Shown one piece after another: positions 28,502-37,438 of a stretch of 64,000 nucleotides of DNA (positions are counted from its first letter, which is position 1; the number at the start of each line of letters is the position of its first letter). Under the pieces are notes generated by a model. That model saw only the letters and a list, made by a program, of their open reading frames with translations, was not told the origin of the DNA and did no database searches. A program made the translations under genes and the position numbers. The stretch is from Caldilineaceae bacterium SB0661_bin_34 (GTDB taxonomy: Bacteria > Chloroflexota > Anaerolineae > Caldilineales > Caldilineaceae): NCBI GenBank assembly GCA_009841145.1, contig VXMJ01000040.1:2324-66323 (forward strand). The letters are read 5' to 3'.

Positions 28502-28747
28502 AACGCATTCTCCACTGGAATTTATGACGGGATTGTCAACCAAGAATAGGTGTCCGAGCGCGATGATTTCACAATCATGCCGACACTGACAGGGCGTCGG
28601 ATGCCGTAGGAAGCCCTGGACTACCTGAAATACGGCGCGTCCTACGGGAAGGTGGCAGTCCACTCCAAGACACGGGAACGCCGTTCGCAACCTTCGGTCC
28701 CATTGTGCGTTGCAGTGCCGGGTTGCATTGTCCTTGAGCCGCGGGCT

Positions 28748-29674
28748 TCACCCATAGCGAATGCGCGGATCGACCCACACGTAAAGAATCTCAACCAGTG
28801 AATTGACGATGATGTAGGCCGCCGCCACGAACATGACAATGCCCTGTACCAGGGGAAAGTCCTTGGCGATGATGGCGTTGACCAGCATCAAGCCTAGGCC
28901 GGGACGGGAAAACACCGCCTCGATGATCACGGTGCCGGCGAGGATCTGGCCGAATTGCAGCCCCACCACCGTAACGACGGGCAGGAGCGCGTTGCGCAGG
29001 GCATGCCGGTATATCACGGACCGATCCCCCAGCCCCTTGGCATAGGCCGTGCGGACGTAGTCCTGGCGTATGACTTCCAGCATGCCCGACCGCACCAGAC
29101 GGGCAATGGTGCCGCCCGCCCACAGGCCCAGCGCCAGCATGGGTAGGATCAGCCCCTTGATGCCGGGATCACTGAGAACCGGCAACCACCCCAGGTAAAC
29201 GGAAAAGAACAGGATCAGGAGTAGGGCCAGCCAGAAGCCCGGTACTGACACCCCCAGCAACGCGATGGTGACCGTGAAATAGTCGAGCCAGCTGTTGTGA
29301 TGCAACGCGGCCGTGATGCCCATGACCGTACCGAACAGAATGGCAAACAGCAACGCGCTGACCGTCAGTTCGATGGTCCGGGGCAGGCGTTGCAGGATTA
29401 GCTGGGCCACGGGCTTGCGCGACCGCATGGAGTCGCCCAGATCGCCCTGCACCAGACCACTCAGATAGCGGCCGTACTGCACATGCAGCGGATCGTTGAA
29501 TCCCAGTTGGGTGCGCAGCTTCTCGATGTCCTCGGCGGAGGCCACACTGTACTCGCCCAGCATCATCATGACCGGATCGCCGGGCACGAGCTGGGTCATC
29601 AGGAACACCAGGAGCGAAACGCCCAGCAACAGCGGAACCAGAGCCACCACCCGTTGCAGGATGAAAACGTACAT
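28748..29674 (-). CDS. Peptide/nickel ABC transporter permease (DppB/OppB type)
   Basis: N-terminus MYVFILQRVVALVPLLLGVSLLVFLMTQLVPGDP and EAA region YVRTAYAKGL. Confidence 0.85.
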   Translation of the reverse strand: MYVFILQRVVALVPLLLGVSLLVFLMTQLVPGDPVMMMLGEYSVASAEDIEKLRTQLGFNDPLHVQYGRYLSGLVQGDLGDSMRSRKPVAQLILQRLPRTIELTVSALLFAILFGTVMGITAALHHNSWLDYFTVTIALLGVSVPGFWLALLLILFFSVYLGWLPVLSDPGIKGLILPMLALGLWAGGTIARLVRSGMLEVIRQDYVRTAYAKGLGDRSVIYRHALRNALLPVVTVVGLQFGQILAGTVIIEAVFSRPGLGLMLVNAIIAKDFPLVQGIVMFVAAAYIIVNSLVEILYVWVDPRIRYG

Positions 29675-29762
29675 TACGGGGCCCCAACGCGCATGCAGTC
29701 GGCAGTGTCGGTCACAAGTGCCGTTTCCGGCCTCTCCGGCCGATGTCCGTCCGGCATGGGGA

Positions 29763-31184
29763 TCACGCGACGAATATCAGTCCGTCCACGGTGGGCTGCC
29801 AATCCGCCAACCTCGGTGAAAGGCCCCATCGATCCAACTGGTTGTAGAGGTAAATCCAGGGAGCATCCGCGTGCAGTGTGCGGTACGCGGACCGATACAG
29901 CTGCCGGCGACGGTCGGGGTCCACGGTGGCCTGGGCCAGGTTCAGGGTCCGGTCCAGACTTTCGTTGCCGTAGCCCAGCCACCAGGGACCTTTTAGGCCA
30001 CCGTGGAACTTTTCCCGCAGGGCACGAAATGTACTGATGGGGGAGGAGTCGAAACAGCAGGCGTCACGGATGGCCTTGGCCTTCACCTGCTGGGCGTAGG
30101 CCGGTCGATCCGCGTGGGTGGCAATCTCCGTCTCGATTCCAATACGGGCGTACTGCTGCGCCAGGAACGACGCCAGTTCCACAGCCTCGTCCGGCAATTC
30201 CAAGGGAACATCCAGGACCAAGGACATGCCCTGGCCCCACCCCGCCTCCGCCAGCAACTCGCGCGCCTTGCCTGGATCGTGGGGATAGGGCGCGACGGCC
30301 GGATCATGCCCCGTGTGCTTGACGGTCAAGGGGCCAGCCAGGGACAGGGCGGATCCGTGGGTAACCCGATCAATCAGAAGCGACTGGTCGAAGCCGTAGT
30401 TGAGCGCCTGTCGCACCCGGGTATCGGTGCAGACCCCCTGCAGCAGGTTGCACATGAAGACGGTGCAGACGTTGCTGGGAGCCGTCTGCAACCGGGTCCG
30501 TTCGTCGGCTTCCATGCAGAGTCCCATCTCATGGGATACCCCTGTGACAATGTCCGCTTCGCCGAGCTGTAGTTGCCGCAACCCCTGCGCGGGATCGGAT
30601 TCAACCTTCCAGGCAAGTCGGTCAAAGGCGGGTGGCCGGGACTGCCAATGGTCCCCGTGGGCAACCATGGTCACTGTCCAGCCCGCATCATCGTGCAACC
30701 GATAGGGACCGCTGCCAACGGGATTCTCCAGGACGGCGTCCATGGCAGCGGCCGGCAGGATTGGGATGCTTGCCATCAGATCCAGCACATCGGCCATCGG
30801 TTCCGCGGTGACCAGGCGCACGACATGGCGATCCACAATCGCGATGACCGCATCACCGAGATAGCCGTGGAAGAGGCCCTCCGTGCCCAGCACCCCGCCC
30901 ACGTCCGGGGATCGGGCCCGTTCCAGGCTGGCAACCACATCCTCGGCGGCAAGGGTTGTGCCGTCGTGGAACTTCACCCCGGCGCGCAGCGAGAACTCCC
31001 AGGTCCGCGCATCCTCCCCCACGTGCCACGACCGGGCCAGGCATGGCCGGAACCCGTCGCGGGTCCATCGGACCAGGGGTTCGAACAGGTTGTTCAGGAT
31101 GTTGAGGCTGTCGGCATTGTCATTGACCACGTGGGGATCCGTGAGTCCCACCTGCGATTGCAGGATGACAAGGCCGTTGGCCAT
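29763..31184 (-). CDS. Family-5 (DppA/OppA/NikA-like) solute-binding-protein homologue WITHOUT a signal peptide
   Basis: It starts directly in the mature-domain consensus (MANGLVILQSQVGLTDPHVVNDNADSLNILNNLFEPLVRW...ARSWHV...KFHDG). Only 35 nt separate it from the upstream stop, so there is no room for a leader. GGAGAAGGA Shine-Dalgarno before the ATG. Confidence 0.75.
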   Translation of the reverse strand: MANGLVILQSQVGLTDPHVVNDNADSLNILNNLFEPLVRWTRDGFRPCLARSWHVGEDARTWEFSLRAGVKFHDGTTLAAEDVVASLERARSPDVGGVLGTEGLFHGYLGDAVIAIVDRHVVRLVTAEPMADVLDLMASIPILPAAAMDAVLENPVGSGPYRLHDDAGWTVTMVAHGDHWQSRPPAFDRLAWKVESDPAQGLRQLQLGEADIVTGVSHEMGLCMEADERTRLQTAPSNVCTVFMCNLLQGVCTDTRVRQALNYGFDQSLLIDRVTHGSALSLAGPLTVKHTGHDPAVAPYPHDPGKARELLAEAGWGQGMSLVLDVPLELPDEAVELASFLAQQYARIGIETEIATHADRPAYAQQVKAKAIRDACCFDSSPISTFRALREKFHGGLKGPWWLGYGNESLDRTLNLAQATVDPDRRRQLYRSAYRTLHADAPWIYLYNQLDRWGLSPRLADWQPTVDGLIFVA

Positions 31185-31219
31185 GGGTCCTTCTCCGTGC
31201 CCGGTTGCAGAAGCGCAGA

Positions 31220-32407
31220 TTAAGCGGGAATCGTCAGACTCTCGATGTCCCGGGGGTAGTAGGTGATCATGTCGATACCGTCCTCCGTGACCACGACGGT
31301 GTCCGAATGGCGGAATCCGGCAAATCCCGGAAGGAACAGGCAGGGCTCGACCGTCAGGCAGAAGCCCACCTGGATTTCCGTCTGGTCCCCGAGGTCCAGA
31401 AACGGCCCTTCGTGGCCTTCAATGCCGATGGCGTGGCCGATATGGGTGCGTGTAAGGTCGTAGAGACCGTTCTCTTCCAGAAATGCATTGACCGCCTTTT
31501 CCACATCGCACATCCTGGCGCCGGGTCGGATGGCATCGAAGGCCACATCCTGCGCCTGCACCTCGAGATCGAAGTACTTCCGATGGTCGTCCGTCAGGGG
31601 TTCGATCATCAGTGTGCGTTCCAGTTCGCTGGTATAGCCGCCCACTTCCGCGCCGGCATAGGTCAGGATGACATCCCCCGGCTTCAGGCGGCGTCCGCCC
31701 GCCCGGCGATGGTTGAACGCGGTCTTGGGGCCCGAGGTGAAACTGGCATGGGCGCCTTCGGACCGGCCATAGGGTTCCCAGTCCTCCGGCAAGGCCTTGA
31801 TCATGAACGCGGTGCCGTCGCGACTGGCCCGCTGGGCCACGTCCACTTCCGCGGCTCCGGGTTCGATGTGGTCCTGCAGGAAGCCGTGGGTCACGTTCCC
31901 GAACATGGCGCTCAGCCGGATCAGTTCAATCTCCTCGGCCGACTTGACCGCGCGCATGTCGTCAATCACGTCCCGCACATTCACCAGAGTGGCCTTGGGC
32001 ACTACCTCGGACAGGTCGGGGCCCCGGTAGCCCATGCCGCCGCCCCAGCCTGAGCTGTCGACCCCCAGGCGGCTTTCGGCCAGCCCCTTGTCGCCCAGCA
32101 GTTCGGCCAGGTACACCATGGGATGCTTCAGACCCGGGTATTCCCGATAGACCTTCATCTCCTTGATGTTGGGGTTGCGCACCGGAATGTTCTCTTCCTC
32201 CAGGTGGGGCACCAACAGGGCCAGTTCCCCCTGCAGGGGCACCACGAGCACCACCGGACGCTCCGTGGCCAGATGGTGGAAGCCGCTGAGATAGAACGTG
32301 CGCGTGGCGCCGAACACCACCAGGCCTTCCAGGTTCTGCTGTTCCATATGGGCGCGCATGTGGCCGACGCGCCGATCCAGTTCCTGATCGCTGATTTGAT
32401 ATTTCAT
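31220..32407 (-). CDS. M24-family metallopeptidase (Xaa-Pro dipeptidase / creatinase-like)
   Basis: Creatinase-type N-domain plus pita-bread C-domain (HRRAGGRRLKPGDVILTYAGAEVGGYTSELERT, HIGHAIGIEGHE, TVEPCLF). Confidence 0.85.
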   Translation of the reverse strand: MKYQISDQELDRRVGHMRAHMEQQNLEGLVVFGATRTFYLSGFHHLATERPVVLVVPLQGELALLVPHLEEENIPVRNPNIKEMKVYREYPGLKHPMVYLAELLGDKGLAESRLGVDSSGWGGGMGYRGPDLSEVVPKATLVNVRDVIDDMRAVKSAEEIELIRLSAMFGNVTHGFLQDHIEPGAAEVDVAQRASRDGTAFMIKALPEDWEPYGRSEGAHASFTSGPKTAFNHRRAGGRRLKPGDVILTYAGAEVGGYTSELERTLMIEPLTDDHRKYFDLEVQAQDVAFDAIRPGARMCDVEKAVNAFLEENGLYDLTRTHIGHAIGIEGHEGPFLDLGDQTEIQVGFCLTVEPCLFLPGFAGFRHSDTVVVTEDGIDMITYYPRDIESLTIPA

Positions 32408-32495
32408 GCTGAAACTCCGGGCGCGAGGCCGCGCAGGCAGTGGCGAAGGGGGACACGGAGCGGGGAGATCCCGCTCCGTGTCAGAGACGGTACAA

Positions 32496-34133
32496 CTACT
32501 CGGTTACAGAAACATCGAAGATTTCCGGATGGGCATAAGGGTCGAACCGGAAGCCGTCCACCTTGGAACTGACGCCGAAGATCGAAACGTTGGCATAGAT
32601 GCCGGCGCCCAAGGCGTTCTCATTGATGATGCGCTGGACTTCCGCATAGATTTCGGCCCGTTCCGCTTCATCCCCGGTTTCCAGGCCCCGGCGCAACAGA
32701 GCATCCAACTCGTCGTTGGCCCATTTGGACCAGTTGCGGGTGCCCAAGGTGCTGGAGTGGTACATGCGGTCCAGGAACAGGCCCGGATCGGGGCTGTAGG
32801 TGCCAATCAAGGCCGTGTTGAAGGTGCTGTCCATGGAGGCCATGCCGTCCATCATGGCCGTACCCGTCATGACGTTGACCAGGAACTCGATACCCACGCG
32901 CTTGAGCTGCGCCTGGATCACCTCGGCGGGCAGTTCGGCGACATAGCCGGGGAACGTGGCGTGGAAGAGGGACAGAACCTCACCGTCCTTCATGCGGTAG
33001 CCGTCGTCGTTGATTTCGGTGTACCCCATTTCCTCCAGCAGTTCCACGGACCGTTCCGGGTCGTAGGGGAACATGTTCTCAAAGCTTGCATCGTAGAACT
33101 TCACGCCCCGCGTGAGGAGCTGATATGCCACCGGATACACGCCCTTGAACACGATCTGGTCGATTTCCTCCCGATCGATGGCATGCATGAAGGCCTGCCG
33201 CATGCGAATGTCGTCCGTGGGCGGGTAGGTGGTGTTGAAATGAATGCCCCGGGCCAAGCCCACCTTGGGGGCACCCAACACCGAAGTGTCCGGGTTCCCC
33301 TGCACGCGGTCCACGGCAGCGGGCGGCACTTCGTCAATGATCAGGATTTCGCCGGTCTCCAAGGCGGAGAGGCGCGCTTCCTCTTCCAGGATGAAGCGGA
33401 ACACCACCGATTCCAGGTGGGCCGGTCCTTCATGGAAGATCGAGGGACCCCAGTTGTAGTCGTCGTTCCGTTCCAGCACAACCTCGTTGCCCGGGATCTC
33501 GCTGACGAACTTGAACGGTCCCGAACCAATCAACGCATCGCTGAAGTTGTCGCCGTGTTCCTCCACCGCCTGCTGGGAAACAATGCCCATGAAGGGCGAC
33601 GACAGTGCAAACGGGAAGAGCGCGTAGGGAGTTTCGAAGGTCACCTTCAGGGTGGTGTCGTCAACCACCTCGGAGCCCGTGTAGGAACCCAGCAGGGGAC
33701 CGGCCTGCTTCGACTCGGTCGCCGGATCCTTCATGCGATCGAAATTGAACTTGAGCACATCGGCCGTGAACGCACTGCCGTCATGGAACGTCACGTCGTC
33801 GCGCAACGTCAGGGTCCACTCCGTCGCATCGTCGGACGCTTCCCAAGCCGTGGCCAGCCCGGCCACGTAATTGGCATCGTCGTCCAGGTAAATCAGGCGG
33901 TCGAAGATGTTCCGGAACACGTAGGCGGCCTGGGTGAAGGCGCTGGCGTGCGGATCGAACGTGTCGTAGTCCACGTTGCGAATGCCAATGGTCAAGGTAC
34001 CGGAGCCCATGGATTCCATGGCGGCGTCTTCTTCCATCGCAGGGGCATCGCCCGTGGGCGCGACACAACCTGCCACTAGTACCACCGTGGCTATCAGCCA
34101 GATCCAAGGGGTACGCAATCTGTTTTTCAACAT
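32496..34133 (-). CDS. Family-5 peptide/nickel ABC substrate-binding lipoprotein
   Basis: Start at MLKNRLRTPWIWLIATVVLVAGC (lipobox). Family-5 core (TFDPH..., LATAWEASDDATEWTLTLRDDVTFHDG). The longer ORF-track N-terminus is rejected. Confidence 0.85.
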   Translation of the reverse strand: MLKNRLRTPWIWLIATVVLVAGCVAPTGDAPAMEEDAAMESMGSGTLTIGIRNVDYDTFDPHASAFTQAAYVFRNIFDRLIYLDDDANYVAGLATAWEASDDATEWTLTLRDDVTFHDGSAFTADVLKFNFDRMKDPATESKQAGPLLGSYTGSEVVDDTTLKVTFETPYALFPFALSSPFMGIVSQQAVEEHGDNFSDALIGSGPFKFVSEIPGNEVVLERNDDYNWGPSIFHEGPAHLESVVFRFILEEEARLSALETGEILIIDEVPPAAVDRVQGNPDTSVLGAPKVGLARGIHFNTTYPPTDDIRMRQAFMHAIDREEIDQIVFKGVYPVAYQLLTRGVKFYDASFENMFPYDPERSVELLEEMGYTEINDDGYRMKDGEVLSLFHATFPGYVAELPAEVIQAQLKRVGIEFLVNVMTGTAMMDGMASMDSTFNTALIGTYSPDPGLFLDRMYHSSTLGTRNWSKWANDELDALLRRGLETGDEAERAEIYAEVQRIINENALGAGIYANVSIFGVSSKVDGFRFDPYAHPEIFDVSVTE

Positions 34134-34377
34134 GGTGTTGTTGCTCCCGAAAATTCGGCAAGGGAAACCGCGCGACAACAACCCTCCCGACTGTTGCTGT
34201 TGTCCGTCAATCGGGCAGAGGAACCGCTGCGGCTCAATCCACAATCTTACAGCAACGCAAAATCCGTGCCAACGGGCCGATTCGCCCAATGTGCGGGGCA
34301 AAGTGACCAAGCCTGATGCAGGACGCCGGCAGCCGGGAAACGCCGGTCCCCGGGTACGCCGCTTGTGTTCACGGTTC

Positions 34378-35232
34378 CTAACGCACCTGCATGCGCGGGT
34401 CCAGGGCATCCCGCAAGCCGTCGCCCAGGATGTTGATCGCGACCACAACCAGCGCAATGGCCAGCCCCGGGAACGTGGACAGCCACATGGCCTCCCGCAG
34501 GTTGTAGCGTCCCCGGCTGACCATGGCGCCCCATTCCGGAGTGGGCGGCTGGGCTCCCAGCCCGATGAAGCTCAGGGAGGCGGCGCCGAAAATGGCGCTG
34601 GCCACCTGCAGCGTGGACAGGACAATCACCGGCGCCAGGATGTTGGGCAGGATGTGGCGCAACACGATGCGCCCGTTGGAACTGCCGATCAGGCGCGCGG
34701 CGTCGACGAAGTCCAGCTGGTTCTGGGCGAGTGCGCTGCCGTGGACAATGCGGGTGAAGGCCGGTATGGCACTGATGCCTACGGCGATCATCACGTTCTC
34801 CAGGCTGGCCCCCAGGATGGCGACGATGACGATCGCCAACAGGACGCCCGGAAACGCCAGCAGCAGATCCATGGCGCGCAGGATGACAAAGCTGACCACA
34901 CCGCCGTAGAAGCCGCTGAGCAGCCCCAGAATCAGGCCGGCGATGGTGGAGATGCCCGACGAGATCAGGCCTACGCGCAACGAAATCCGCGCGCCCCAGA
35001 CCACGCGGCTCAGAACGTCGCGCCCCGTGTCGTCCGTACCAAACCAGTGTTCGGATCCTGGCGGTTGCAGGACCTTGTCGGCATCGATGGCCAACGGATC
35101 GTAGGGGGCGACGACGGGCGCGAGCACCGCACAGACAATCAGGACGGCCAGGAAAACCGAGCTCGCGGCCGCCGCCCGGTTGCGCAGCAGGGTTCCCAGT
35201 ATTTGACGAAACGAACCGCGCTCCGTGTTCAT
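34378..35232 (-). CDS. Peptide/nickel ABC transporter permease (DppC/OppC type)
   Basis: Typical OppC N-terminus and TM pattern. The start overlaps the Rieske gene stop (ATGA at 35229-35232). Confidence 0.85.
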   Translation of the reverse strand: MNTERGSFRQILGTLLRNRAAAASSVFLAVLIVCAVLAPVVAPYDPLAIDADKVLQPPGSEHWFGTDDTGRDVLSRVVWGARISLRVGLISSGISTIAGLILGLLSGFYGGVVSFVILRAMDLLLAFPGVLLAIVIVAILGASLENVMIAVGISAIPAFTRIVHGSALAQNQLDFVDAARLIGSSNGRIVLRHILPNILAPVIVLSTLQVASAIFGAASLSFIGLGAQPPTPEWGAMVSRGRYNLREAMWLSTFPGLAIALVVVAINILGDGLRDALDPRMQVR

Positions 35233-35690
35233 GACGGCGTTATTCCGGTGGATTCCGGATTCCGGCGTGGAGCCGGACCAGCGTCCGTGGAAGGGATTGC
35301 CGGCTCGGGAGTGGCCTGCCCCCGCATCAGAACGTAGAGGGTGCCGTCATCGGCGACCTCGGTGGGAAACATGGCGAGACGACGCCGATCCGTCAGGCAC
35401 TGGCCCGAGTCGAGCGCGAATTCCCAGCCATGCCAGGGACAGACCAGAATCTCGTTTTCCCGCCCCCACCGGAATGTGCCAGGCACCGAGGGCAGCGTGG
35501 TGCCCCGGACCGTGCCCCGGCAAATGGGGGCTCCTTCGTGGGGACAGTGATTCAGGACTGCCCGGAACTGCCCACCAACCCGAAAAATGCCCAGCGAACG
35601 GCCGGCAACGTCCACCTGAAGACAGGTACCGTCGTGTACGTCATCGGCACGACCGACCCGGTGGCGCCGGAGAGCAAAGGCGGAAGCCAT
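35229..35690 (-). CDS. Rieske [2Fe-2S] domain protein (small, ferredoxin/NirD-like)
   Basis: CPHEG...CPWHGWEF cluster ligands. The ATG at 35690 has GGGAAG upstream. No oxygenase catalytic domain. Confidence 0.75.
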   Translation of the reverse strand: MASAFALRRHRVGRADDVHDGTCLQVDVAGRSLGIFRVGGQFRAVLNHCPHEGAPICRGTVRGTTLPSVPGTFRWGRENEILVCPWHGWEFALDSGQCLTDRRRLAMFPTEVADDGTLYVLMRGQATPEPAIPSTDAGPAPRRNPESTGITPS

Positions 35691-35739
35691 GGAAATCAAC
35701 TTCCCGGAAGGTTCAGGGTTCATAAGGTACCAGATGACG

Positions 35740-36684
35740 TTAGGCCCACTCAGTGAAGAAACGCTTCCAGTTTTCAAAAACAATCATGTCCTGCATTTCC
35801 TTGGGAACACGAGGCAGACGCGTGCCTTCCACCATGTCATTGATGCGCCTTAGCCCCTCGATCGTACCTGCCACCGTATCGAAGGGAAAGTCGGTGCCGA
35901 ACAGGATTTTGTGCCCCACGCCATACTCCATCGCCGTGACCAGGGATTGCCAGTACCGCCAGGCGCGGAAGTGAATGGCCGAAATATCGGCAAAGAGATT
36001 GGGGGCCTTGCGAATGAGCACAATCGTGTCGGCTTCCCAGGGATGGCCCAAGTGGGCCAGAATCATCTTCAGATCAGGAAACGCCAGCGCGATGTCTTCC
36101 AGCTGCAAAGGCAGACTCCAGCGAATCCTCGCCTTCCGGGGGAACGTCGTGCCCTGGTGCCACAGGATCGGCAGTCCCAGCTCCTGGCACTTGCGGTAGA
36201 GAGGATAGTGGCTTGTATCCATGGGATCGAAGCACTGATACGCCGGCGCCAGCTTCAGCCCCTTCAGGCCCAGGCTCTGCACGCAGTGTTCCAGTTGCTC
36301 AACGGCATCGGGCCGGTTGGGATCGATGGACGCCCACCCCTCCAGTTTGTCCGGATGCTGCCGCACGTAGTCGGCGATGACCTCGTTGGGCACATCAAAT
36401 CCGGTCGCGGGAGCCTGCAAGCCGAACACCACCACCTTGTCCGCTTCCGCAGACGCGGCCCAATGGCGTTCCGGCCGGGCATCGAACAAATCTCGTGGGG
36501 GCATGCTGCGGTCAAAGGTCTCTGCGGCCAAGCCCATGTTGGCCTGCCACGCCTGTGCGGCATCCTGCATCACCTCCGGCGATACATGGTCCGGGTACCA
36601 CATCACATGGGAATGGCAGTCGACGATCATGTTACAGGCGTTTTCTGAAGGTAGGAAGTGTGGTTGGACGGGAAAGTCGGACAC
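35740..36684 (-). CDS. Amidohydrolase_2 (ACMSD/COG2159-like) metal-dependent hydrolase or decarboxylase
   Basis: N-terminal IVDCHSHV, later WHQG, AHLGHPW, and FGTDFPF near the C-terminus. Confidence 0.75.
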   Translation of the reverse strand: MSDFPVQPHFLPSENACNMIVDCHSHVMWYPDHVSPEVMQDAAQAWQANMGLAAETFDRSMPPRDLFDARPERHWAASAEADKVVVFGLQAPATGFDVPNEVIADYVRQHPDKLEGWASIDPNRPDAVEQLEHCVQSLGLKGLKLAPAYQCFDPMDTSHYPLYRKCQELGLPILWHQGTTFPRKARIRWSLPLQLEDIALAFPDLKMILAHLGHPWEADTIVLIRKAPNLFADISAIHFRAWRYWQSLVTAMEYGVGHKILFGTDFPFDTVAGTIEGLRRINDMVEGTRLPRVPKEMQDMIVFENWKRFFTEWA

Positions 36685-36929
36685 TCAATCGTAACGGTTC
36701 GGCCACAGTACCGACAGTTCAAGCCTTGGCCATGGGGCCAGGTTCGACAGCCAAGGCACCTGGTGCAAGAGAAGCAACCTGCACACGGCCGCAACGGGCA
36801 TCTTTGCCTCCCTGACACAATCAGGTGTGGGAGTCACGGAAGGCAGGGGAGACGAGTAGCGGCCGCGGCGACCATGCAGGGGATAGTGCGTCCGGTGTGG
36901 ACTTCTGAACCGCAACCACGGCCAGTAAC

Positions 36930-37161
36930 CGGAGGCTCGGCAACGTCCGTTGTGCCTCCGTGCACAGGCTCTCCTGCATGACCACCTGTGACCGCCATCT
37001 GCCACAACTCCGGCAGTCACCGACCCTCAGACGGTGCAGCCCCGGCAACCCTCCTTGAGCAGAATTCCGGTCAATGGCTCCTCGCCGAGTCTGTCAATGG
37101 CTTCAATGAGGCGCTCCTTGACATCACGCGGTAAACGAGCCGGCTCCTTTGCCGCGCTTTT
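36930..37161 (-). pseudogene. RelE/ParE-type toxin relic (no start, frameshifted)
   Basis: Directly after the antitoxin TAA, in the same frame: KSAAKEPARLPRDVKERLIEAIDRLGEEPLTGILLKEG...stop. The next frame continues (L)PGLHRLRVGDCR. Together these recapitulate the RelE N-half (..sA.KeL.kLp..v..ri...i..L...P....k.L.g..glyRlRvGdyR). The rest is unrecognisable, and the lower boundary is approximate. Confidence 0.55.
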
Positions 37162-37386
37162 TTAGTCCGAACGAAGTAGCTCACGCCGCACCTCATCCCA
37201 ATCCAAAACCGGATCAGAGGGGTCGCACAGTCGCTCTATCGCCACCGACATGTCGTCAAATTCCTCCAGGTACTGCTCGATGGCCTGGCGAACCACTTCG
37301 GCCCGGCTGCGCTTGAGTGCGGCAGCCGCCTCACCCAGGGCTACTGCCTGCTCGTCCGGCAAACGCACAGTAATTTGGGTTGACAT
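37162..37386 (-). CDS. Ribbon-helix-helix (CopG/RelB-type) antitoxin
   Basis: MSTQITVRLPDEQAVALGEAAAALKRSRAEVVRQAIEQYLEE is a classic RHH, with an acidic C-terminal toxin-binding tail. Confidence 0.75.
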   Translation of the reverse strand: MSTQITVRLPDEQAVALGEAAAALKRSRAEVVRQAIEQYLEEFDDMSVAIERLCDPSDPVLDWDEVRRELLRSD

Positions 37387-37438
37387 CTGATTCGGAACCT
37401 GCTACCCAGTTTGTCGAGATCACGGGAGAGAACAACAT

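Noticed and set aside
27044-28549. 501-aa plus-strand ORF across the ribokinase and AIM24 genes
   Set aside because: It is antisense to two motif-supported minus-strand genes. Its composition is typical of GC-rich shadow frames.
32406-35337. Two long plus-strand ORFs (557 aa and 453 aa) over the peptide-ABC cluster
   Set aside because: They are antisense to the family-5 binding protein and the DppC permease. They are His/Gly/Arg-rich with no domain signatures.
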